Assembly: GCA_964016885.1 (NCBI GenBank)
Contig: OZ024740.1
Span: 24,366,001-24,430,000, forward strand
Origin: Eledone cirrhosa
Lineage: Eukaryota
Direction: 5' to 3'
DNA: 64,000 nt
The notes below the pieces were generated by a model that saw only the letters and a list, made by a program, of their open reading frames with translations, was not told the DNA's origin and did no database searches. Position 1 is the first letter of the stretch; each line of letters starts with the position of its first letter. Positions 29,215 to 41,490 of this stretch are shown here, piece by piece. Made by a program: the position numbers and the translations under genes.

Positions 29215-30400
29215 ATAGTTGGGACAGTAAACAAAAAACAAAAAAACAACGTGGAAGAGAAGAAGCGGTACAAAAGTTAATATTAGTTACACGCTTGAGA
29301 GTGGGAGGGGGTACGGCATTTCGGGCATAAGCCCTTCATCAGGAGAAAAGTTGGCAGGAGAAGAGTTCCAAGTGTGTGAGGGAGGTGGCCGGGAGAAAAA
29401 GACGGGAAAAAAATTTTATTAGAGGGCAAAAAAAATTAAAATGAAATAAGTCGTGAAAGGGTGTGAGGCGTGTAGGGGTGGTGGTGGGTGGAGGGGGGAG
29501 TGTATGTGTGTAGGTGTACATGTGTGTATGTGTGTGGATGTGAATGTGGGAGTTGGGGGAAGAACGAGGTTCCATGTTCATGTAATAGGGAAACCGGTGT
29601 GTACATGGATTGGGATGAAAGTCGGTGTGTGCGTGCGTGTGGATGGAGAGCGGTCAGAGGGGGGGGGGTAGAAGTGGCGTGTGGAGTCCGCATGATGAGG
29701 GTGTGTATGTGAGGATTCGCACGTGTGTGTGTGTGTGTTTTTGTGGGGTGTGGATGTGTGGTTGCATGGTGCGAATATAGTGTAAGTGTTTGTGTGTGTG
29801 TTTTCTTGGATGTTTTTCCACGGTCGTTGAGACCGGATATTGGAGATACTAAGGGTGCCAGGGTCGATGGCTGGGTCGGTTGACCGGTGGTGTAAAATCC
29901 TGGTATGGTAGTGAGGTAGTGGAGAGCTGTTTGGTGCGCGCGCAACAGGAAGTGGTCAGAGGGTCAAGGCAGGGCGAAAGAGGGGAGAGGAAAGAGATAG
30001 CAGTAGGAAGATGACAGCAGGCAGAGTAGCGACAGGTGTAGAGATGGTCAGTATGTGGTGTGGAATGTGTGTGTGTGTGTGTGTGTGTGCGGAGGTGAGG
30101 TGGACAGGGGAGGGGATGGGTATGTGAGAAAGTTTGAGGGAGAGGGTGGGTGTGGGGTGGTGATATGTATATTAGTGGAGGTGTTAGTGCGATGTGTGGT
30201 GGGGGGGGGGGGGGTAGTGCGGGGAACGAGAGAGGGTGAGAGAAGGTACTGGGGACATTCGGAGGGTGTGTAATGTACTGATGTGTGTGTGTGTGTGCGT
30301 GTTTGTAAATGAGTGTATGTTGTGGTAGAGTGGGTGTTAGTATGGCTGGTGGTGGAGGGAAGGTTTGAATGCGGGTGTGTGTGTGGGGGTTAGTGGTGGT
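29215..30400 (-). mobile_element. Probable PLE 3' non-coding region with a hammerhead-like terminus
   Basis: CTGATGA-agggcttatgccc-GAAA at ~29318-29343, a CA-rich body, and a TA tract at the end. No coding evidence. Confidence 0.45.
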
Positions 30401-30403
30401 CGG

Positions 30404-31293
30404 GGTCGTTAAATATAGAGCGGTATTTATGACCTATGGGGAAGTGTCTATCTAAGAGGGCTAGACATTGTTTCCACTTAGATAGACACTTCCCCATAGG
30501 TCATAAATACCGCTCCATCTTTAACCGACACAAAGTTAAACTAGGATACTCCTGCGCTAAGAACATGAAGGCCCACTTCACCAGCAGCCCTAGGAGCAAC
30601 ACCCCAGCCTGAAGCTTGCCCCCTTCAACAGCAATGCAACACACCAGCTGTAATCTATGAAGCTGTGGTCACTTCCAACCGACCAAACGAACCACAGGAG
30701 GTCAAATCCTATGTGGGCATGCGGAGGGCCGATTCAAGGAGCGTTTCCTGAACCACAAGTCTACCTTCAGATACCCGGACAGACGTTCATCCACGAAACT
30801 CGCGAGCCAAGTATGGTCCCTCAACGACTCAAGTATGGGCTACTCCATCCAATGGAAAGCCATCACTAAGTCCAAGCCATACGCAAGGGGAAATCCGACG
30901 TGCGGCTTATGTATTGACGAACAAATAACTATTCTAAAGAGATTACGCAATAGTGATTGCCTAAACACGAGAAGTGAATTTTTCACACGTTGTCCACACG
31001 TCACCAAACATCTATTGCATAACTACAAGGCTCCGGACTGATTCCTTGTAATTTTATTTTAAATTTTATTTTAATTTTATTTTCAACCTAAAAACTTTCC
31101 GGACTTTCGCAGTTATGTTACTTACACCTCTCGCACGTCCAGTATTGCCTGTGTGAAGTTACCGAGTTTCTGCGCATGCGCGTTCGTGCGGTTGTCCTTC
31201 CTGTTCCAATAACCATGCACATACCGAGCTGAAGATCCGCTAAGGTGAAACAATTGTTCCCGGTATGGTGAACTAACTGTTGTGTAACCACTT
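30404..31293 (+). mobile_element. Second PLE-2 copy, 5'-truncated with an inverted junction
   Basis: 30477-31293 matches ~7248-8085. 30404-30476 is an inverted copy of the truncation region. Confidence 0.93.
31223..31264 (+). ncRNA. Minimal hammerhead ribozyme (PLE-2 copy)
   Basis: accgag-CTGAAGA-tccgctaaggt-GAAA-caattg-TT-cccggt, with one stem I mismatch. Confidence 0.72.
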
Positions 31294-31325
31294 CCCCCTC
31301 TCTCTCTCTCTCTCTCTCTCTCTCG

Positions 31326-31371
<46 letters not shown>

Positions 31372-31496
31372 AGGGTAAACATTGATGCAATTCAATTCAA
31401 GCACTCAACGTACTTTTTACACATAGGAGTGACGGAGTAAATATCGAATAAGGAAAAGCGAAGTAGTTTCAGATGTTCAAGTCCTTTAATAATAAT

Positions 31497-31570
31497 GCTG
31501 TGATATATATTTCAATGACGACACTGGCCACACTGTTCTGTGTGCGAGTGTCGTGTCATCATCAGACAGC
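31497..31570 (-). ncRNA. Minimal hammerhead ribozyme with an extended stem II
   Basis: gctgt-CTGATGA-tgacacgacact..agtgtcgtcatt-GAAA-tatata-TC-acagc. Confidence 0.85.
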
Positions 31571-31697
31571 TTGTTACATAATAAGGTTGTTTCCGAGGCA
31601 ATCCAAATTGAATCGACATGGCAATGGATGAAGTTCGTGCTTTTGGGTTTTTCATCCGTTCCCTTGTGAGTACCAATTCACCCCCACCGGTCTGCGC

Positions 31698-31890
31698 AAG
31701 GTGGTGGATTGGCAGTATCGGTAGAGGGTCGGACGTCATGCTTTCCAGCATAGTTACGTCCCTTTACGATCTGAGTTCAAATCCCGCCGAGGTTGACTTT
31801 GCCTTTCATCCTTACGGGGTCGATAAAATAAAGTACCAGTAATGCACTGGGTAATTGCTGGCCTTGTGCCTAAAGTAGAAACAATTATTA
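31698..31890 (+). mobile_element. tRNA-derived SINE family 1
   Basis: A box TGGCAGTATCGG, B box GAGTTCAAATC, core GCCTTTCATCCTTACGGGGTCGATAAAATAAAGTACCAG. Confidence 0.88.
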
Positions 31891-31930
31891 TTAAAGGACT
31901 TGAACATCTGAAACTACTTCGCTTTTTCTT

Positions 31931-31981
<51 letters not shown>

Positions 31982-32199
31982 TTAATTATAGTATTAATTA
32001 TACTATCTATGGTTATGCCAATACAAAAACCTTTTGCAGTTATATATATTTTTATAAACCCTAAATAGTGGTAGGCAGTAATATATTACTACCTTATTAC
32101 CAGTAAGTTAAATAGTTTACATTGAGCTATTTATATATATTTATATATATATATATAGAGAGAGAGAGATCTAGCGCGGGTAAAATTCCGAGATCGATA

Positions 32200-32402
32200 G
32201 ACGAGTTCTCTCGAGCGGTCTCTGTCCCTCATTATCGCTGCCATGTCCTGTGTCTCCAACAGACCAGTGTCTGTCCTTAGGGCATCAACATACGTTAATC
32301 TTGTCTTCCACTTCTAGTGTGTCCATGTAGGGGCTCCCACAGGAGCACTGAGTGCAATGTCAACTCTGGATGTCGGTCAGCATGTCCAGCTAACCTCAGT
32401 CT
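32200..32402 (-). mobile_element. RTE/RTEX LINE C-terminal fragment
   Basis: RLRLAGHADRHPELTLHSVLLWEPLHGH..TYVDALRTDTGL..MRDRD. Confidence 0.8.
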
Positions 32403-32532
32403 TGAAGACTAAAATCCAAAGAGGGATCGATAAGGATAAATATATATCAAATATATAATATTTGCTCTACGGTTCTTATATATTTGATATATATTTATCC
32501 TTATCGAGCCCTCTTTGGATTTTAGTCTTCAA

Positions 32533-32576
<44 letters not shown>

Positions 32577-32629
32577 GAAAGGTATAGAAAATAGAAATAT
32601 AGAAACATAGAAAATAGAAAATAGAAATA

Positions 32630-32664
<35 letters not shown>

Positions 32665-32782
32665 TTATTAAAATAACAGATTGTTGCTTTCACCCTTAAC
32701 GTGATCTTCTGAAATATATTCTATTTCTATTTTCTATTTTCTATGTTTCTATATTTCTATTTTCTATACCTTTCATTTATAT
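32403..32782. repeat. Two adjacent fold-backs of PLE-type termini
   Basis: 32403-32457 pairs with 32476-32531 (family also at 35521-35665 and 59508-59862). 32571-32635 pairs with 32716-32780. Confidence 0.82.
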
Positions 32783-33035
32783 ATATATATATATATATTT
32801 TGAAGTGTGGGGACAACTGGAAAGCTTCCATTACTCATACTTCTCGCCTTCTTCACTACCTCTTCTACGGCCTCGATATGAATACCCCCTCCGCCTCCGT
32901 GGTATTTTCTTCGTGGTTATAAGAGGCTTAGCTCTGTTTCTCGACCGTTATATCGAGTGACTGTCTCCCCCTCCGCCTTTTGGGATTCTTTCTCACGTCG
33001 TGTAGACGCGTTCTTGAGACTAGTAAAATGAGGTA

Positions 33036-33123
33036 TCCTCTTGATAAGTCGGCAGACCTCGCAAGGACTCTATATCTTTGATATATTGTTTTTGTTTATG
33101 CCACGAAACTACGTAGTCGAGGA
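33036..33123 (+). ncRNA. Degenerate hammerhead
   Basis: tcctc-TTGATAA-gtcggca..tgccac-GAAA-ctacgtag-TC-gagga, with two core substitutions. Confidence 0.55.
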
Positions 33124-33962
33124 ATTTAGGAACAGTTTAGGTATGATACATTTTATTACTAATTATATCTAAATGTTTCTTCTCTCTTCATAATGTATTT
33201 TTAACTCTGATACTGGTTCAGTCTGGTTCAAACTGAATTGGTCTGTCCCAGTCATTCATTGAGCAACATCGGTGAAGTTGGCACCCTTAACTCACAGTTG
33301 GGTGCGGATGCATTCATGTATATATGTGTGTGTCCGCATGTATCTGTGTGTTTCTAAATATATATATATATATATATATATGTAGATAAATCTACCAAGA
33401 ATTTACGGTAGTGTCCAATCCGTATGAAGAACTCAAGGAAGTGGACTATGTTTGGGGGTTTAGTTATTTTGTGTTATTGTAATGCGGATACGTATATGTA
33501 GAGAATTTTTTGTAGGTTTTGTCATTCAGGTGTGTATGTGTGTTTCTTGCACATTTTACAACTGCCACACAAAAATATAACACAATATAAAGGGTGAACA
33601 GGACACATGTATTTGACAAATATTTTTCTGGCATGTAACACATACGATCGCATCTCGGTACAATAATACGATACAGAATCCACATAAGTTATATGAAATG
33701 CAATGAGAAGCCAGGAAAATCATTACTCATCAAAATAGCGACCTATCTTCCAATATTTTACACTACACGTGGAAAAAGAGATGAACAACAGAAAATAAAT
33801 ATCCATCACCTCAGCTGCAGTATACAAACATGACTATAAAAGCATCGTATCTCTCAATCTCTCTTCCTCATTCATTCGCACATACATACATATATATATA
33901 CACACACACACATATATATGTAAGTATGCATACGTACACACATATGTATAAATACACACGCG

Positions 33963-33998
<36 letters not shown>

Positions 33999-34397
33999 AA
34001 CACACATATATACATATGTTCGTATGGGTTATATCGAACATTAACAATAATATTCGATTCGTTTGTAAACAAACGGTCCTATTAAAGCTGCGCCGTGCCG
34101 AAGACAAATTATCAATCGTTTTTTCAATACTAGCATTGAGGAACAATCAACATGTTCCTGGGTATATTAACCTTTATCAGGACTGTATACCTCTTCCAAT
34201 CTGTTGAACGGTTGAAAATATATAACATTTTCTTATGTATACATTGGCTGAGTAACCTCATTTGCATACCGAGCCAGTTACGGCTGACCGTGCCGAAAAC
34301 TAAAACTAATATTTTATTTTAGTACTCACCCTAGCACAGCTGATACATAAATGTAAGTATGCATACGTACATACACATGTACCCAGACACACACATA

Positions 34398-34399
<2 letters not shown>

Positions 34400-34429
<30 letters not shown>

Positions 34430-34722
34430 TACATATATACATATACATATATACATATACATATATACATATACATATATACATATACATATATACATAT
34501 ACATATATACATATACATATATACATATACATATATACATATACACATATACATATATACATATACATATATACATATACATATATACATATACACATCT
34601 ACATATACATATATACATATACATATATACATATACATATATACATATACATATATGCATATACATATATACATATACATATATACATATACATATATAC
34701 ATATACATATATACATATACAT
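34400..34722. repeat. ATAC/ATATAC compound minisatellite
   Basis: Direct inspection. Bracketed by the inverted repeat 34023-34092 / 34746-34815. Confidence 0.9.
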
Positions 34723-35018
34723 ATGTACGTATGGGTTATATCCAACGCAGCCTTAATCAAGCAGTTTGTTTTCAAACGAATCGAATATTATTATTAATGT
34801 TCGATATAACCCATATATGGGAAAAGCAAACAAGGTAAGTCTCATGATTTGAGATATCTCGCGATACTCTACTCGGAGTATCGTTATTTTCTCAATGAAA
34901 CTGCAGTAGGGACAGTAAAGATAATTTTCTTATCTTGTTTGCTTCTCCCATATATGAATTTATTAAGCTCTGAAGGAGTTAATCCTTTCATAGATCAAGA
35001 CTATCGTTTGGACGCCTT

Positions 35019-35101
<83 letters not shown>

Positions 35102-35104
35102 TGT

Positions 35105-35235
35105 ATCTAAAAGGTAAACAGAAATAACAACACAATCGGTACAGTATATGGAATGGATATATTAGGTTAACGCTTGATATAGCAGGACGAGGGTCTTAAA
35201 ACTTCGGACGCTAGTCCTTCATCAGAAGAAAGAAT
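35105..35235 (-). mobile_element. PLE-type terminus with a hammerhead-like core
   Basis: CTGATGA-aggactagcgtcc-GAAG. The tail is also at 19600-19697 and 62340-62395. Confidence 0.6.
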
Positions 35236-35838
35236 GAGAAATTCGAAAGATTGAAGGGACGGGCGGGGCAGAATCGAAAAAAAAATTTGGGGAGAGAAAT
35301 AACCGGTCCATTCATGTTGCTATCCCTTTGAAAACTGTTGATGGAGAAAGTCTACCTGAAATGAAAAAAAAAACCGTATTCTCTATAGAGCTATAGATAA
35401 GCTCGTGCGTATGCACGCGCGCGATATTATACGCCCGTAAGAATATATGTTTCTGACCATAAGAAAGCCATATTAATCTAGGGGTTAATGTGCAAGTGCG
35501 TGTGTATATATATATATACATCTCAGAAGATCCCGTTAAGGGTGAAAGTAGCGATTCTTTGCTGAAACATTAATCTGTTATTTTAATAAATATTTGCTCT
35601 ACGGTTCTTATATATTTGATATATATTTATCCTTATCGACCCCTCTTTGGATTTTAGTCTTCACATTTATTTTTATTACTATATATATAAATATACTTTC
35701 GAACACAAACCAGATACGAGATAAACCACAAACAGTCCATCGCAACTTTACATTTGAAAAGCATAAGAACTGTGAAACCGGTAAAGGAAATAAATAGATA
35801 TTCTTAAAAAGACTCCAGTTGCATTTTCGATTTCTTTT

Positions 35839-35947
<109 letters not shown>

Positions 35948-36179
35948 TTCAACATAGCACAACAGACCAGTTAGAAAACTGCATACGAGTGCTAGAAAGT
36001 TACCCAGATAAGGACTAAGTGTAAAGATTTGAATTATTAAAGATTATCAACCATCAGTGAAGTCATTCATCCCATCCTTGAAATTTATCTTAATGTACTA
36101 AGGAATTCCCATCAATTTTCATTACATATATATATATATATCAAGGAATGAGTTTTACATTATTTTCCAGAGTTATTAA

Positions 36180-36382
36180 TATTAATTCAAAATATTAAGA
36201 AAATAGATATTCTTGTGATCAATTATATTTTATTATACATATTTCAGAGGTAATGAATTAAGTTCAAAAGTACGTCCTCATCAGATAAAATAAAATGATA
36301 CATGACATACCCTGACATGGTAGATGGTTAAGATTTAATTTTATCTTGATTAAATCTTAACCATCTACCATGTCAGGGTATG

Positions 36383-36386
<4 letters not shown>
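36180..36386 (-). mobile_element. Family B terminus with a hammerhead (36227-36291) and a 5' fold-back (36302-36386)
   Basis: ttttat-CTGATGA..GAAA-tatgta-TA-ataaaa. Near-perfect ~40-bp hairpin at the other end. Confidence 0.8.
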
Positions 36387-36434
<48 letters not shown>

Positions 36435-36438
<4 letters not shown>

Positions 36439-36556
36439 CGAAGGAAATGTGGTAAGGAACCAGGTGGACCATAACGCACCAAAGTACTCAATACTTAGTC
36501 CAGAATTAGCCGTCGAAACGGCTTTAGCTCAGCCGTCGGGGTCCTACTCGTTCCTA
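36435..36556. repeat. Family H copy 4 (one arm deleted)
   Basis: Tail joined directly to TCCAGAATTAGCCGTCGAAACGG...TTCCTA. Confidence 0.85.
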
Positions 36557-36579
36557 TATATATATATATATATATATAT

Positions 36580-36767
36580 AATTATTTCTACGTTAGCCAT
36601 AAGGCCAGCAATTACCCAGTGCATTACTGGTACTTTATTTTATCGACCCCGTAAGGATGAAAGGCAAATTCAACCTCGGCGGGATTTGAACTCAGATCGT
36701 AAAGGGACGTAACTATGCTGGAAAGCATGGCTCCGACCCTCTACCGATACTGCCAATCCACCGCCCT
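36580..36767 (-). mobile_element. tRNA-derived SINE family 1
   Basis: Close reverse complement of 31698-31890. Confidence 0.88.
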
Positions 36768-36792
36768 TATATATGTATATATATACATATGC

Positions 36793-36824
<32 letters not shown>

Positions 36825-36857
36825 ATGTATATATATATTCATATATATATATATATA

Positions 36858-36980
36858 ATATTAATTCAAAATATTAATAAAATTGATATTCTTGTGATCA
36901 ATTATATTTTATTATACATTTTTCAGAGGTACTGAATTAAGTTCAACAGTACGTCCTCATCAGATAAAATAAAATGATAC
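36858..36980 (-). mobile_element. Family B terminus with a hammerhead (36906-36970)
   Basis: Near-identical to 36180-36300. Confidence 0.8.
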
Positions 36981-37048
36981 ATATATATGTATATATATAT
37001 GCATATATATATATATATCTATGTATGTGTGTATGTATATATATATTC

Positions 37049-37079
<31 letters not shown>

Positions 37080-37359
37080 ATATATGTATATGTGTGTATA
37101 TAATATATATATGTGTGTATGTGTGCGTGCGTGTGAGTAGGTGTGTATGTGCGTTTGATTGTGTGTGTCTGTGTATCTCAACACGAGGAAGGAACTGATG
37201 TAGAAATAGAAACTTATACGAAATTGTTGAAAAACTGATGATGAAAATAATAATTAATATTACAAAGATAATATCAAAGATAATAGTATTGAGTATGATA
37301 TGTATGTATATATATATGGGGGTGTATGTGTGTGTGTAAGTTCGTCTGTGTGTATGTTA

Positions 37360-37455
<96 letters not shown>

Positions 37456-37927
37456 GTATGTGTGTATTTGTGTGCGTACACACTCACATTCACACACGAC
37501 CCCTACGTGATTGGCAAGAAAAGATAAAATATATTTTCAGGCCAGCGACTCTGTTCTGTAGAAATTAGTCGTTTGTAATATCGAAGCTACTTATCTATAA
37601 ATTCTTCCTCTATATTCATCTTTCAAAATGTCTCTCTGTGGTGGAGATAATTGGCCGTTAGCCTCACTATGAATTTATCTTCTTGACATTTATATTAGCT
37701 TGGAAGATATCTCTGATTGTAAGATTAGGAGATAAGTTAGGTCAAAATCTTCATACACACCTCCGAACTCCACTCATTGCTTAATAATTGTATGTATGTG
37801 CCTATATAGGTGGTCCTCCGTCAATGTGTGCGTATGTAGGTATTTACATATATACATATATGTGTACATATATACATATATGTATATATGTATATATACA
37901 TATATACGCACATACTCACAGAGACCC

Positions 37928-38008
<81 letters not shown>

Positions 38009-38456
38009 TATGTATAAATGCTTGTATGTGTGTATGCATGTGATTATGTATGTGCATGTGTGTGTTTATGTATGTATGCAGTATTGATATATATATATAT
38101 ATATATATATACATATGTATATACATACTTATATAAGTACACAAATCTACATATATGTCCATATACACTAATACTACACACACAAACATACACACTCAAA
38201 TACACACAGACACACGCATATATATAAATATAAATATAATGGGGACAGTCCCTTGAAAGAGCAGCATCGAAAGGACATGTCTTTGATTCAATAGGTTATA
38301 TTGCCTTCGAAATGTATTACATAAAAGTCTTACTTAAGCTGTCTGAAGTCGCGGGTGAATTATTGCGTGATTAATACGCGTTACGGATAATGTCTAAATA
38401 ATGGGAATTATGTTATTCTAGTCTTTATTTATTTATTATTAGTGTACGTGTGTAAG

Positions 38457-38655
38457 TGAGGTGGATTGACAACATAGGTGGGGCGTCGGACATGATTTGT
38501 AGCATAGAGTTACGGCCCCTTGCACCGAGGTTAGCTTTGCCTTTCATCGTTACGGGGTCGATAAAATAAAGCACCAGTAATGCACTGGTGTCGATTAATC
38601 GACTATCCCCCCCGCTTCAAATTGGTGGCCTTGTGCCAAAAGAAGAAACAATTAT
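38457..38655 (+). mobile_element. tRNA-derived SINE family 1
   Basis: Core GCCTTTCATCGTTACGGGGTCGATAAAATAAAG. B box deleted. Confidence 0.78.
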
Positions 38656-39274
38656 TAAGGTATATATATTCTGTAATGTACGACTGCCTAGGTGATACCA
38701 CATCACAAATGGAAACATGCCACCTGCTTCATCCTAATTATATCATTGATTACAGATTGGAGAAACACAAACACAACTTCAACAATTTCAGATTTAGAGA
38801 ATATATTCTATTTTATTGTATGTGTGTGTATGTGTATGTGTGTGTGTGTTTGTATGTTTGTGTCATCATTGCCATAGTCTCTCTCTCGCTCTCCCCACCT
38901 CTCACTATTATATATAAATGAGAGCCCACTTTCTGGCCGCTCCTTCGGACAGACGAGAGAAAACTTTCCCCAGAGGATGGTGAGAGAACCAACTCCAAGG
39001 ACCAAGGAAACCAAAAGTCTCCAATGCAGCACCATCTCAACAAGTCATTTATCAAAACACATGGCTGAATTTCTAGAACTGTGATTCCCAATGCACAATT
39101 TTAATCACCGGGATTTGTTAGATATTAATGTAAACTGAGAATTACGTTAAAGAAAGCAAAACAACTGGTGTATTTTTGATAAATATCAAGTCACAAAAAT
39201 CCTTCTCTACAGAAGAACATAGGATCAGATCTTTTTATTAAACAAACTAAATAGAATGAAATAAATTCAAATAA

Positions 39275-39472
39275 TAGTTTCTGATTTATGCACAAGGCCA
39301 ACAATGTTTTGGGACGGGAAATGTCGATTAAATCGACCCCAGTACATTACTGGTGCTTTATTTTAACAACCCCGTAAGGATGAAAGGCAGAACTAAACTC
39401 GGTGGGATTTGAAATCAGAATGTTAAGTACCGTAACTGTATACCACAAAGCATAATGTCTGGACCTCTAACG
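39275..39472 (-). mobile_element. tRNA-derived SINE family 1
   Basis: Reverse core CCCGTAAGGATGAAAGGCA and reverse B box GGGATTTGAA. Confidence 0.8.
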
Positions 39473-39738
39473 AATATCATAATAGGAAATAAAATAATAT
39501 GTCAGGAATGAGGTTCAATGAAAGCAACAAGGTTACAGAAACGACAAATATTTCAGGTTGGCGGTAAAAAATGACTCCCATGAAAATAGGCTAAAATATA
39601 TAGAGATTAATACAGATTTTATATTGAAATGACATCTACAGGACTAGAACTGTTTCAATTGTATGAAATCAGGATATATATATATATAAATTTTTATGTA
39701 TATATATATTGTACACACACACACACACACTCATACAG

Positions 39739-39798
<60 letters not shown>

Positions 39799-39879
39799 TT
39801 TTGACGATCGACTTTCGTCAAATCGGACCGAGGGAACAATGTTTCCGTTGGTCTTTCCAATTGCTAATACTATCTATCG

Positions 39880-40017
39880 GTCGCAACTCCAGGTAGAAGG
39901 AGCAACGTGAAATAAAGTGTCTTGCTCAAGGACATAACGCATCGCCTGGTCCAGGAATCGAACTCACAACCTTACGATTGCGAATCCAATTCTCTAACCA
40001 CTCAGCCACACGCCTTC
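39880..40017 (-). mobile_element. tRNA-derived SINE family 2
   Basis: A box TGGCTGAGTGG, B box GTTCGATTCC, then GTCCTTGAGCAAGACACTTT. Degenerate copy at ~51030-51120. Confidence 0.85.
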
Positions 40018-40051
40018 ATATATATATAATAAACGTGAAAGACGGTTTTAT

Positions 40052-40121
40052 TTTGTTATACGTATTTCAAAGATGTAATGTAGTTGTATAACAACTGCCC
40101 TACATGTTCTCTTCAGACAAA
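40052..40121 (-). ncRNA. Minimal hammerhead (PLE-5 3' pLTR)
   Basis: tttgt-CTGAAGA..GAAA-tacgta-TA-acaaa. Confidence 0.72.
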
Positions 40122-41184
40122 CATCCAAACGAGATATAAATTTCCATTGATATGTTAGCGGTTGTACGTGTTATTCGCTTCGCCGACCAGTAAACATATG
40201 TCCGAAATTCTCACGTAGCAGTTCTTATATCTGTGAGAGATATATATTCCAATTAGCGTTGATCCGTGTGAACTGGCTAGGGTATCAAGTTACCAGATTG
40301 GTCGCTTGATTCCTAATGAGGCATGTATGAACTATTAGTCTATTTAAAAAAAAATTATACTAAATTTTATTCACTTAGATAATAATTCTAATTTTAGATT
40401 TTGTACTTCGATGCTGAATTTATAATGTATCTATATATTAATGAATGTTTAATTAATTATTTTGTGGTCTATTTAACATTATTTAGTAAAGTTTTAACTA
40501 TATACTCTACGAAATGTCTTATATATTTTGTGTCAACAAGAATTAAAAATGATGTGTAGAGTCTCCGTAGTACAGTGGTCACACCTCCTAGATATAAATC
40601 CATGTATATATGGAAAAGCAAGTTAGAGTTTTGACCAAAAAAGGGAGTATTCCACTTGTTTAATTTTTAGCGACCAAATCACTTCCGACAGGTTCGTGCT
40701 AGATCTTTTTATTAGCTGTTTGAAATGAGTGGCGATGGTTGTACCACCTTCCCTTAAATCCATTGGAAGTTCCACCAATATATCTATAAGTTTCACTACT
40801 CGTTTTTACTACACATACATAAACGATATTTTAAACTAAACAGTTATTATTCATTGGGCAACTATTATGACTTTGCAATTGCAATTATTTACGTTAACAT
40901 TCACAGATCCTTCCCTGTGTCTGTGTGTCCGTTGGTTTATCTCATTTATCTTAATGGTGTTATTCCTGTTATTCGAGTTGCTATGTAATCTATCAGTGTT
41001 TCTGTGCTTGCTATTGTGAGTTATCTCTTTATGTTTAATTCCCAGATTTCTATTGTTAATCTACGCTATATGCTGGGCTGTTTCCGGTTGTCGAATAAGG
41101 AAGTTTAATTGTGTGTCGATTAAAGCTTATATTGTATTAATGTGATCTAGCAAAACATTTATCTAATGCATTAAAAAGTGGATT

Positions 41185-41253
41185 TTTGTCTGAAGAGAAC
41201 ACGTAGGGAAGTTGTTATACAACTGTTTTATTCTTTGAAATACGTATAACAAA
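41185..41253 (+). ncRNA. Minimal hammerhead (PLE-5 inverted pLTR)
   Basis: tttgt-CTGAAGA..GAAA-tacgta-TA-acaaa. Confidence 0.72.
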
Positions 41254-41417
41254 GTAAATAGGGATGTACAAATGAAACCGCCTTTCTTGTTTATTATTAT
41301 AATAAAATTCCGGATACACAACCGTGGCGTACTTTACATCTGTTAAGAAAAATTCGGCAGATTTTAAATCAACCAACTTACTTCAATTGGATATATATAT
41401 ACACACACACATATATA

Positions 41418-41489
<72 letters not shown>

Positions 41490-41490
<1 letters not shown>

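Larger units (their letters stand above)
40030..41395 (-). mobile_element. Truncated PLE-5 with canonical inverted 5' pLTR
   Basis: Minus strand gives FNRHTIKLPYS, CNC..CPMNNNC, NIVY..YIGGT..FKGRWYNH. 40030-40125 is the reverse complement of 41180-41295, which carries an extra tail. Confidence 0.87.

Noticed and set aside
34828-34840. Perfect splice donor AAG/GTAAGT
   Set aside because: It lies inside an inverted repeat with no upstream exon or acceptor.
39940-40017. tRNA gene
   Set aside because: The A and B boxes continue into a SINE body and no full cloverleaf is evident.
40500-40560. In-frame TGA in PLE GIY-YIG C-termini (C*HK here, LNN*I near 42318) as selenocysteine
   Set aside because: The TGAs fall at positions that are usually Arg (CRH, LNxR), consistent with CGA-to-TGA decay rather than Cys positions. 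The copies are otherwise degraded.
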